The position numbers and the translations under genes are program-made. A stretch of DNA of 64,000 nucleotides from Candidatus Parvarchaeota archaeon (GTDB lineage: Archaea; Nanobdellota; Nanobdellia; WJKC01), in NCBI GenBank assembly GCA_017608505.1, contig JAFCFT010000001.1:5833-69832 (forward strand), given 5' to 3'. This document shows positions 56,119-64,000 of this stretch, piece after piece. Below the pieces are notes generated by a model. The model did no database searches. It was given only the letters and a program-made list of their open reading frames with translations, and was not told where the DNA came from. Within the stretch, counting starts at the first letter, position 1. Each line of letters begins with the position of its first letter.

Positions 56119-58971
56119 ATGCGCTTAAAAGTTAGAGACTTAAACATATCTGGCGGGAGTTTTGACATTGTAGTTATAAATCAAGACACAGCCTCTTCTT
56201 TAGATATTCACGCCTCAAGCCGTCTGCGCTTGACAAGCGGAAGGCGCTCTGTTGTTGCAGTTGTTGACTTGGCTGAGCCTAATGTATTAAAACGCGGAGA
56301 AATAGGGCTTTTTACAGAAGTTTATGAAAAACTTAAAGTTAAGGACGGCGATTTTGTTAATGTATTTGCAGTCCCTCAACCAGAAAGCGTTGAGTACATA
56401 AAAAAGAAGCTTGACGGCCTTGAATTAAACAGCAACGAGATCAAAAGCATTATAAAAGACATTGTAAAAAACCATCTTAGTCAAGTTGAGATGAGCGCTT
56501 TTGTAACTGCTTGTTACACAAGACGCTTGACCATGGATGAAACATATTATTTGACAAAAGCCATTGTTGATACTGGAGAAACTATCAAATTTAAAGATGA
56601 AGTAATATTAGATAAACATTGCGTTTCAGAAGACACTCCCTTGCTTATTAAAGACACTTCTGGATTAAAAGTTGTACGTTTTAAAGATTTAGGTTTAAAA
56701 TATGATTTTAGAAAATGCGACGCAGAAACTGAAGAGGCGAAAATAACTAATTTAAAAGCATTAACTTTTGATGAAAATAATAAACTTGTTTTTGATGACA
56801 TTGTTTCTATAATTAGACACAAGGCTCCTAAAAAATTATATCGTATAATACTTAAAGGCAATAAATACATTGATTTGACTGATTATCACACAATTTTTGT
56901 TCTTAAAAAAGGCGCAATTAGAAATTTGCCTGTAACATCATTAAGAAAAGGCGATTATGTTGTTGTCCCAAGAGCGTTTAGTTATTCTAAAAAAATAACT
57001 TCAATTAATCTGCTTGAATTTGGTTTAAAAAATGGATTAATTGATAAAGAAATAATATATCATTCAGATGGCACGGTTTCTTTAAAAAAGAGTGGTAAAA
57101 GCATAAATTTAAATATGCCCATTAATACTGATTTAATGCATTTTCTAGGTTTATACTTGGCTGAAGGGTTTACAAATTACCAAGGTGTATTTTTAAATTT
57201 TGGTTCGCATGAAATCAAATTAATCAATAAAGTTATAGAACTTATTGAGAGATTATTTAATGTAACTCCTACAATAAATAAACCTCACAAAACTGCTGTA
57301 AGGATATGTATATACAATCGGTTGCTTGCTAAATTATTCAAGCATTATTTTAAATTTAATGATGGCGCCACGAACAAAAGAATACCTGATTTAATATTTT
57401 CTTTGCCTGATGACCTTAAAATTGAATTTTTAAAAGCTTATGCAATGGGTGATGGTTATGTAAGAAGGGGTTACGAATGCGTTTTTGTAACTAATAGCCC
57501 TTATATTGCTGAGCAACTGCAGTATTTGTTATCCATTCTTGGCATGTCATCATCCATTAGCGAAGCAGAAGAAAGAAATACTATATTCCCAACAAGAACA
57601 TCTAAAGTTAACAAAAGTTACTACATATACACTCAAGCAAGAGAGCTATTTGGAGGCAGGACAGGCGCAAATGTATCTTTTAAAAATTTAATACCAATTA
57701 AAGAATCAGGTTTATATAAATTAGTAAATGAAGATATAGGATGGATCGATAGAAGAAAAATTAAGAATCAAAAATATTTGTGTTTTGAAACTGCTAGAAA
57801 AATATTAAATAAATTAGGCAATAAATATCCTATCCTTAAGAAACTTATTGATTCTGATTTGTCGTTTATAGAAATCAAAGATGTTGTGCCTTTTAATTAC
57901 GCTGGTAAATACGTTTATGATCTAAAAATGAAAAAATATCACAGATTTGTTGCTGGCAAAGGTCCCATGCTAATACATAATTGCATCGGCGGCATTTCAG
58001 GAAACCGCACTACAATGATTGTTGTTCCAATAATTGCTTCTTTTGGCGTAAAAATTCCAAAAACAAGCTCCCGCTCAATTACAAGCCCTGCGGGCACAGC
58101 AGACACAATGGAAATCTTAGCGCCTGTTGAACTTAGTGTCAAAAAAATCAGGCAGGTTGTAACAAAAGCAAACGGGTGCATTGTTTGGGGCGGAAACATT
58201 AATTTGGCAGCAGCTGACGATAAACTAATTAGCGTAAGGCACCCTCTTGCTTTGGATCCTGTAGGCCTTATGCTTGCAAGCATTATGGCAAAAAAGGCAG
58301 CAGTAGGCTCCACTCATGTTTTAGTTGACATTCCTTTAGGTGCTGGCGCTAAAATAAAAGACCTTGGTGAAGCCAAATTTTTAGGAATGCAGTTTATAGA
58401 GCTTGGCAAAAGACTTGGGATCAAAGTTAAGCCAATAATATCAGACGGAAGCAAGCCTATTGGCAAAGGCATAGGGCCTGTTCTTGAGGCGCGAGACGTT
58501 TTAAGCGTGCTAAGAAACGAAATTGGAGCGCCAACTGACTTGTATAACAAGTCTTTAAGGCTTGCTGCTGAACTTCTTGAATTCTCTGGCGTTGTCCCTG
58601 TTGGAGAAGGTTTTCATATTGCTAAAGACATTCTTGACTCTGGCAGGGCATATGAAACAATGAAGCAAATCATTAAACTGCAAGGCGGAGACCCTGATAT
58701 AAGCCCTAGCGCGCTAAGGCCTGGAAAATACGAATACGCTCTTTATTCTCCGAAAACAGGAAAAATAAAATTCATGAACGACGACCTAGTTTCTAAGATA
58801 GCTAGAATGGCAGGCGCTCCAAAAAGCAAAAAAGCAGGAGTATATTTGCACAAGAACGCAGGAGACTTTGTTAAAAGAGGCCAAGAAGTGCTGACAATTT
58901 ATTCAGAATCTGAAGACTTGCTTAAAAACGCAAAAGATGTGATACGCAAAGACTTATTCATCATTACGTAA
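56119..58971 (+). CDS. deoA: AMP phosphorylase (thymidine phosphorylase family), intein-containing
   Basis: N-terminal AMP-phosphorylase extension, DKH/CIGG, PKTSSRSITSPAGTAD, SIMAKK. Spliced product 496 aa. Confidence 0.95.
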   Translation: MRLKVRDLNISGGSFDIVVINQDTASSLDIHASSRLRLTSGRRSVVAVVDLAEPNVLKRGEIGLFTEVYEKLKVKDGDFVNVFAVPQPESVEYIKKKLDGLELNSNEIKSIIKDIVKNHLSQVEMSAFVTACYTRRLTMDETYYLTKAIVDTGETIKFKDEVILDKHCVSEDTPLLIKDTSGLKVVRFKDLGLKYDFRKCDAETEEAKITNLKALTFDENNKLVFDDIVSIIRHKAPKKLYRIILKGNKYIDLTDYHTIFVLKKGAIRNLPVTSLRKGDYVVVPRAFSYSKKITSINLLEFGLKNGLIDKEIIYHSDGTVSLKKSGKSINLNMPINTDLMHFLGLYLAEGFTNYQGVFLNFGSHEIKLINKVIELIERLFNVTPTINKPHKTAVRICIYNRLLAKLFKHYFKFNDGATNKRIPDLIFSLPDDLKIEFLKAYAMGDGYVRRGYECVFVTNSPYIAEQLQYLLSILGMSSSISEAEERNTIFPTRTSKVNKSYYIYTQARELFGGRTGANVSFKNLIPIKESGLYKLVNEDIGWIDRRKIKNQKYLCFETARKILNKLGNKYPILKKLIDSDLSFIEIKDVVPFNYAGKYVYDLKMKKYHRFVAGKGPMLIHNCIGGISGNRTTMIVVPIIASFGVKIPKTSSRSITSPAGTADTMEILAPVELSVKKIRQVVTKANGCIVWGGNINLAAADDKLISVRHPLALDPVGLMLASIMAKKAAVGSTHVLVDIPLGAGAKIKDLGEAKFLGMQFIELGKRLGIKVKPIISDGSKPIGKGIGPVLEARDVLSVLRNEIGAPTDLYNKSLRLAAELLEFSGVVPVGEGFHIAKDILDSGRAYETMKQIIKLQGGDPDISPSALRPGKYEYALYSPKTGKIKFMNDDLVSKIARMAGAPKSKKAGVYLHKNAGDFVKRGQEVLTIYSESEDLLKNAKDVIRKDLFIIT
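56620..57981 (+). mobile_element. intein (454 aa) with LAGLIDADG homing endonuclease
   Basis: N-terminal CVSEDT, block B T..H (LTDYH), FLGLYLAEG and FLKAYAMGDG, block F YVYDL, C-terminal IHN followed by +1 Cys. Confidence 0.96.
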
Positions 58972-59005
58972 TCTTTTTAAATAGTTATTTAATTCATTCT
59001 CCCTT

Positions 59006-59233
59006 ATGGGAAGAATTAGAACTGATGAAATAAAGAACATTACATCAATGATATTAGGCAAATATACGCTTTCGTATTTTAGCGACGACTTTGAGACTAA
59101 CAAACAAAGGCTTAAGTCCTTGCCTGAAGAATTCCCAAGCAAGAAGGTCTTAAACAAAGTTGCAGGCTACATTACATTTCTTTACAAAAGAGAGCGCGAA
59201 GAAGAGAAAAAATTGCTTGCTCCCTCAAAATAA
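59006..59233 (+). CDS. rps17e: 30S ribosomal protein S17e
   Basis: MGRIRT...IK, F..DFE.NK, SKKV.NKVAGYIT. Confidence 0.95.
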   Translation: MGRIRTDEIKNITSMILGKYTLSYFSDDFETNKQRLKSLPEEFPSKKVLNKVAGYITFLYKREREEEKKLLAPSK

Positions 59234-59288
59234 TTGTCCTAAAATTTATAAAGAGAAATAATATAAAATCATCTTATGACAAGCCAGC

Positions 59289-59534
59289 GTGGTTGTCCCT
59301 GGAGAACATAAAGATTTTCTTAGAGGCAGGACTGGGCTTGTCTTTAAGTGCTTATTCAATTTTAATGGATGCACGCAATACAAAGCTGTTAAATACATTT
59401 CTAAGGAGCAGAATTTAGCTACTTCAACAATTAAATACGCTTTAAAAAAACTAAGAGAAGCCGGCGTAATTAGTTACAATGGAAAAATTACATTTACTCA
59501 ATTTGGGGAGGTGTTAAAAAATGAGATTAAGTAA
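59289..59534 (+). CDS. small winged-helix DNA-binding protein (start uncertain)
   Basis: LATSTIKYALKKLREAGVI...ITFTQFG wHTH pattern. Confidence 0.7.
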   Translation: MVVPGEHKDFLRGRTGLVFKCLFNFNGCTQYKAVKYISKEQNLATSTIKYALKKLREAGVISYNGKITFTQFGEVLKNEIK

Positions 59535-60126
59535 AATGCTTGCAGATTTGGAATCAAAGATTTTGCCATATCCTGAGCAGTACAGTCTTGAGAGACTTAG
59601 ACAAACTGCTTTTAAAGTCTTTGATGGAGATTTTAAGAAAATTAAAAGCACATACGAATGCTTGCTAAAAATTACAAGTTTTTATGATTTGATAAATGCA
59701 GACCTTTTATTTGAAAAAATTTATAATGCGACAAAAGAGGCGCCAGCAAGCATATTTCCAATGTTTTCAGGATATGATGAGCTTTATGAAATTCTAGAGA
59801 CATACAAAGTGCCTTTTGAGTTTTGCGAGTGCGATCTTGAGGATACAAAAGATTGCATTGTTGACTTGATTTTTGAGAAGAGAGGAAATAATTTAAAGCT
59901 TGAAAGGCTGTTTAAAGACTTAAGCATTATTGAGCGCGTAGCAGAATACATGGCTGTTGTCACTTCACTTCAAGACACTGGCAAAATAGTTTTTGATAAA
60001 AGGAATTCATACACGCAGTATTTTACTGCAAAAAAGATATTTCGCCTTTTAGGCGTGAAATTTGGCAAAGTGCCTGTTATCATCTACAATAATAGAAAAG
60101 TTAATAGCGAGAATTTGCATAGGTGA
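59521..60126 (+). CDS. hypothetical protein
   Basis: 201-aa ORF with SD GGAGGTG, overlapping both neighbours; no motif recognised. Confidence 0.7.
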   Translation: MRLSKMLADLESKILPYPEQYSLERLRQTAFKVFDGDFKKIKSTYECLLKITSFYDLINADLLFEKIYNATKEAPASIFPMFSGYDELYEILETYKVPFEFCECDLEDTKDCIVDLIFEKRGNNLKLERLFKDLSIIERVAEYMAVVTSLQDTGKIVFDKRNSYTQYFTAKKIFRLLGVKFGKVPVIIYNNRKVNSENLHR

Positions 60127-61223
60127 TTATAATGAAAAATGTCATAAATCCTTTTGGAACAAGCACGATTAAAGATTATGAAAAATTATTCAAAGAATTT
60201 GGAGTTTCTCGCTTTAGCAAGATTTTGCCAAAAATGCCTGACCCTTTAGTCACAATGAGAAGAGGAATCATATTTGGACATCGCGATTTAGAAATAATAG
60301 TTGATGCTATGAATTCTAAAAAGAAATTTGCTGTTATGAGCGGGATAAAACCAACAAATTATCTGCATATTGGGTCTAAAATGATTGTTGACGAAATTGT
60401 TTATTTCCAGAATCATGGCGGTCTTGTGTATTATTCTATTGCTGATTTAGAGGCTCTTGTTGACAATGGATTGCCTTTAGACGAGTCGCGCAAATTTACA
60501 TATGACAACCTCCTTGATTTAGCAGCGCTTGGCATTGATTTAAAGAAAGCACGCATATACTTGCAGTCAGAGGAAATTAAAGTGCAGCGCTACGCTTATG
60601 TTTATTCCCGCAATGTCACAAACAATATGCTGCGCGCCATTTACGGCGAACATCCAGTTGGCATTTATATGGCAGCATTAACTCAAGTGGCAGACATACT
60701 TTTGCCGCAAATCGAGCATGGAAAAATGCCTGTGGTGGTTCCTGTTGGATTTGACCAAGACCCTCACATCCGCCTGACACGCGACATTGCAAAAAAACAC
60801 GGCTTGATTCCTCCTGCTTCGACATATCACAAGTTTATGTGTTCTTTGACAGGCGTTGACAAGAAAATGAGCAAGCGCGAGCCGCAGGGTATAATTTACT
60901 TAAATGAGCCGCCTGAAGTTGCCAGAAAAAAAATAATGAAGTATGCTTTTAGCGGAGGGCAGCCAACAGTAGAAGAACACCGCAAAAAAGGAGGCAATCC
61001 AGACATAGATGTTTCTTATCAGTATCTTACATTTTTAGAAGAGAACGATAAAAAATTAAGGCAAATATATGAGGATTACAAATCTGGGAAATTGCTTTCA
61101 GGAGAACTTAAACAAATACTTGCTTTAAAAATTGAGGCTTTCTTAAGAAAGCACCAAGAAAAGCGCGAGAAAATGCGCAAAGTAGTTGACAAATTCATAG
61201 CTTCCCAAGGATTTTCTGCTTAG
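60123..61223 (+). CDS. trpS: tryptophanyl-tRNA synthetase, archaeal type (start may be ATG 60132)
   Basis: RRGI.F.HRD, LHIGS, Q.ADIL, PVG.DQDPH, KMSK, AFSGGQ. Confidence 0.97.
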   Translation: MIIMKNVINPFGTSTIKDYEKLFKEFGVSRFSKILPKMPDPLVTMRRGIIFGHRDLEIIVDAMNSKKKFAVMSGIKPTNYLHIGSKMIVDEIVYFQNHGGLVYYSIADLEALVDNGLPLDESRKFTYDNLLDLAALGIDLKKARIYLQSEEIKVQRYAYVYSRNVTNNMLRAIYGEHPVGIYMAALTQVADILLPQIEHGKMPVVVPVGFDQDPHIRLTRDIAKKHGLIPPASTYHKFMCSLTGVDKKMSKREPQGIIYLNEPPEVARKKIMKYAFSGGQPTVEEHRKKGGNPDIDVSYQYLTFLEENDKKLRQIYEDYKSGKLLSGELKQILALKIEAFLRKHQEKREKMRKVVDKFIASQGFSA

Positions 61224-62403
61224 CTTTTTTAACTTTAGCTTCTAACTCTTTTTCATTAATTTTTTCCACTAACTTGTAGTTCTTCAGTTTGTATTCCCCA
61301 TTAATTAAGACAGAATTAATACAGTTGTTCTTAAGTATATTTAAATACAATCTTTCAATTTCTTTATACGGCCTTACTTTCCATAAGTCTATAAGCAAGA
61401 GATTTGCTGGAGCGCCTTCAAATATTCCTGCTTCTTCCCATAACGCGTGCCCGTTCCACAACATATTGAACGCATCGCTAACACTTATTTTTCCAAGACT
61501 TATTGCTTTTAGAGCCTCGCTTCTTATGTCTGGATTTGGGTTCCATGGAAACTCATCTGTTCCAAGCCCAACATTAATCTTGTGTTCAAGCATTAATTTT
61601 GTGTTTGGAATTTTTCTTGATATTTCATAATTGCATGTTGGGCAGTGTATTACTGGCACGCCGTGGCCTGAAAGCAAAAGCGTTTCTCCAATGTCAATGT
61701 ACGTGCAGTGAGCAAGACTTACATCATAATCTAAGAATCCAAGACTTTCTAAATAATTTATAGTTCTTTTCCCAGTTGCCTTTTTAATTTTTACAACTTC
61801 ATCGCGCGTTTCAGCAGCGTGCATGTGCACTTGTAAATCGTGCTCTTTTGCAAACTCAAGCGCTTGGCGTATTAATTTTGGCGAGCACTCAACTTCATTT
61901 GCAAGCCCTACGTAAATTTTGTCTTTGTGCTCTTTATTAAGCTGTTCAATCATCTTAAAAGAGTTTTCAATGTTTTGCGCTTCTTCATACTTGTCTTTTA
62001 ATGGATACCCAGACAAGTAATTTAATCCAAGTTTTTCTAAGGCTTTTATCACTGGCTTAGGGTGCACATCCATTGTCAGTACATTTGTTACCCCACTTTT
62101 TAAAAACTCAATTCCTGCAAGCAACGCTGCATTGTAAACGTCTTCTTTTGTTCTTAATCTGTGCGCTTTAAATCCAACTTTTGTGAAAAATGTAAATTTT
62201 GAGAGGCCAAGCCCCAGCCCGCTTATCAGTCTTGAAGCCATGTGCGTATGGGCATTTGCAAACCCAGGAATCAAAAGCTTTCCAGCGCAGTTTTCCCCTT
62301 TAGGAAGCGACTTGCTTATTTTGCGAATTCTTCCATGCTTTAACTCAATGTCTCTCTTGACTAAAGAACCGTTTTCTATAATTTTAACATCATTTAATAT
62401 CAT
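61195..62403 (-). CDS. amidohydrolase family deaminase (MTA/SAH or guanine deaminase-like)
   Basis: PGFANAHTH, HMHAAE, LAHC, HCP, LGTD. Confidence 0.88.
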   Translation of the reverse strand: MILNDVKIIENGSLVKRDIELKHGRIRKISKSLPKGENCAGKLLIPGFANAHTHMASRLISGLGLGLSKFTFFTKVGFKAHRLRTKEDVYNAALLAGIEFLKSGVTNVLTMDVHPKPVIKALEKLGLNYLSGYPLKDKYEEAQNIENSFKMIEQLNKEHKDKIYVGLANEVECSPKLIRQALEFAKEHDLQVHMHAAETRDEVVKIKKATGKRTINYLESLGFLDYDVSLAHCTYIDIGETLLLSGHGVPVIHCPTCNYEISRKIPNTKLMLEHKINVGLGTDEFPWNPNPDIRSEALKAISLGKISVSDAFNMLWNGHALWEEAGIFEGAPANLLLIDLWKVRPYKEIERLYLNILKNNCINSVLINGEYKLKNYKLVEKINEKELEAKVKKAKQKILGKL

Positions 62404-62444
62404 TAGACATTATTATTAACGCAACTAGTACTTATTATTTTTGT

Positions 62445-64000
62445 TCAAATTATCAATAGTATCCCAGGCTTTCCTGGAAGCGCGCTTTTTGCCTTTTTAT
62501 CATATATAGCATCTTCTGCTTTGATAATTTCCACCTTGCACTCGAACTCGCGTTCAATGAAGTCTTTAGATTCTGTAAAGAATGAATATTCGTCCTTTTG
62601 CGAGATTTTTATTGGAACAACCTTGCTTAAGTCTCTAGTGACTGTTTGAATTATTTTTACTGCTTCACTTCCATGCTTTTTTATTGCAGGAACATTCATT
62701 GCCTGCTTAGTTATTGCTTTAAAGTCTCTTTTATCCTTTGCTTCTCTTATTATGTCTATTAGTTTGTACTTCCATGATTCGCTAATGAAAATCTTAATTG
62801 TATCTGGTTTTTTATCAACAAGTTTTATTATTTCATTAATGTCTCCAATAACTTGACTTAAAATTTGGTCAAGCACTTCTGCTTTTTCATCTATTAATTT
62901 TTTGTCATACTTTGGCCATTCTGCAACCGAGACAAATCCAGATCCTCCTATTTTTTCCCATAATTCTTCACAAGTATGAGGCATAAATGGTGAAAGCAGA
63001 ATTATTAGTTTTGTGTAAGCATAGTCATATATCTCATATCTTATGTCTGTCTTTACCCTATTAAGTGTGTTTGTAAGTTCCATAATGCTTGCAATTGCCA
63101 TATTAAATTCATAATTCTCAATCTGCTCTGTAACTTTTTTTATGGTCCTGTGTAACTTGCCTACAACACTTTTCTCTTTAGAGCTAAGTGACTTTGGTAA
63201 CTTGTCATTAAAAGACACTTTGTCACTCATCATTATAACTTTTTTTATGAATTTGTGGCTTGCGGAAACTCCCTTGTCTGTCCAGTCAAGTTCCTTTTCT
63301 GGTAGTGCTGCAAACAGTATGAATAGTCTTGCAGTGTCTGCGCCATATTTTTCAGTAATCTCTTTAGGCTCTACTATGTTTCCTATGCTTTTGCTCATTT
63401 TAACGCCGTCTTTTATGACCATGCCTTGAGTAAGTAATCTCTTAAATGGCTCGTCAAAATTAAGCATTCCAATATCTCTTAAGAACTTAGTAAAAAAGCG
63501 CGAGTAAAGCAAGTGCATCACTGCATGTTCAATACCTCCTATGTACTGATCAACAGGCATCCAGTACTTGACTTTTTCCTTATCAAAAGGTGCTTTATCA
63601 TACTTTGGACTGCAGTATCTTAAGAAGTACCATGAGGAATTAAAGAATGTGCCCATTGTGTCGGTTTCTCTTCTTGCTTTGCCACCGCACTTTGGGCATG
63701 TTGTGTTTACAAAGGACTTGCTTGTTTCTAGAGGATTCCCTCTTCCAAATTTTACGTCATCAGGGAGCAGTACTGGAAGGTCTTTAAATGGAACTGGAAC
63801 TATGCCGCAGGATTCACAATGAATCATTGGTATTGGCGTTCCCCAGTATCTTTGCCTTGATATTGGCCAATCTTTTAGTTTATATTGTGTTGCTTTTTTT
63901 CCAAATCCCTTTTTTTCCATCCACTTGCTAATTGCTTTTTTTGCTTCTTCACTTTCCATACCGTCAAATTTACCTGAATTAATAAGCACTCCTTCATCAA
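62445..64000 (-). CDS. leuS: leucyl-tRNA synthetase, 5'-truncated; bacterial-type core with archaeal-type C-terminal domain
   Basis: [46 protein letters not shown]-terminal ALPGKPGI. Confidence 0.96.
   Translation of the reverse strand, partial: DEGVLINSGKFDGMESEEAKKAISKWMEKKGFGKKATQYKLKDWPISRQRYWGTPIPMIHCESCGIVPVPFKDLPVLLPDDVKFGRGNPLETSKSFVNTTCPKCGGKARRETDTMGTFFNSSWYFLRYCSPKYDKAPFDKEKVKYWMPVDQYIGGIEHAVMHLLYSRFFTKFLRDIGMLNFDEPFKRLLTQGMVIKDGVKMSKSIGNIVEPKEITEKYGADTARLFILFAALPEKELDWTDKGVSASHKFIKKVIMMSDKVSFNDKLPKSLSSKEKSVVGKLHRTIKKVTEQIENYEFNMAIASIMELTNTLNRVKTDIRYEIYDYAYTKLIILLSPFMPHTCEELWEKIGGSGFVSVAEWPKYDKKLIDEKAEVLDQILSQVIGDINEIIKLVDKKPDTIKIFISESWKYKLIDIIREAKDKRDFKAITKQAMNVPAIKKHGSEAVKIIQTVTRDLSKVVPIKISQKDEYSFFTESKDFIEREFECKVEIIKAEDAIYDKKAKSALPGKPGILLII

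Noticed and set aside
1..64000. tRNA, rRNA, transposase or integrase genes
   Set aside because: Intergenic gaps are short and AT-rich, with no cloverleaf or recombinase motifs recognised by eye. Small C/D-box RNAs cannot be excluded without a covariance search.

Overview
Compact, AT-rich archaeal chromosome segment; a DPANN-like lineage is inferred from the gene set and density, not proven. About 1-46 kb is a very large surface-glycosylation region: 13 GT2/GT4 glycosyltransferases, eight GT-C-type membrane proteins including two distinct AglB/STT3 paralogues, AglH, a flippase, a WbpB/WbpE/WbpD-like diamino-sugar module, a divergent UDP-GlcNAc 2-epimerase, a phosphohexomutase, two nucleotidyltransferases and a B12-radical SAM enzyme. 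About 46-64 kb is mostly housekeeping: cdc6, fen1, acylphosphatase, ThiS/SAMP plus NcsA, Zn-finger plus EF-1beta, R15P isomerase-HAD-AMP phosphorylase, S17e, TrpRS, an amidohydrolase and LeuRS. Best leads: (1) a ribbon-helix-helix/nucleotidyltransferase fusion with an altered metal-binding motif and clustered palindromes on its own promoter, a candidate nucleotide-sugar-sensing repressor; (2) a 29-bp duplication of a GT2 gene start around a 36-bp GC-rich insert with CRISPR repeat-spacer-repeat geometry; (3) a 454-aa LAGLIDADG intein in the active-site loop of AMP phosphorylase; (4) a HAD gene between R15P isomerase and AMP phosphorylase with no Rubisco in the window; (5) a four-repeat tandem RHH protein. 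No rRNA, tRNA, cas or transposase genes were recognised. All calls come from motif reading by eye; no searches were run.
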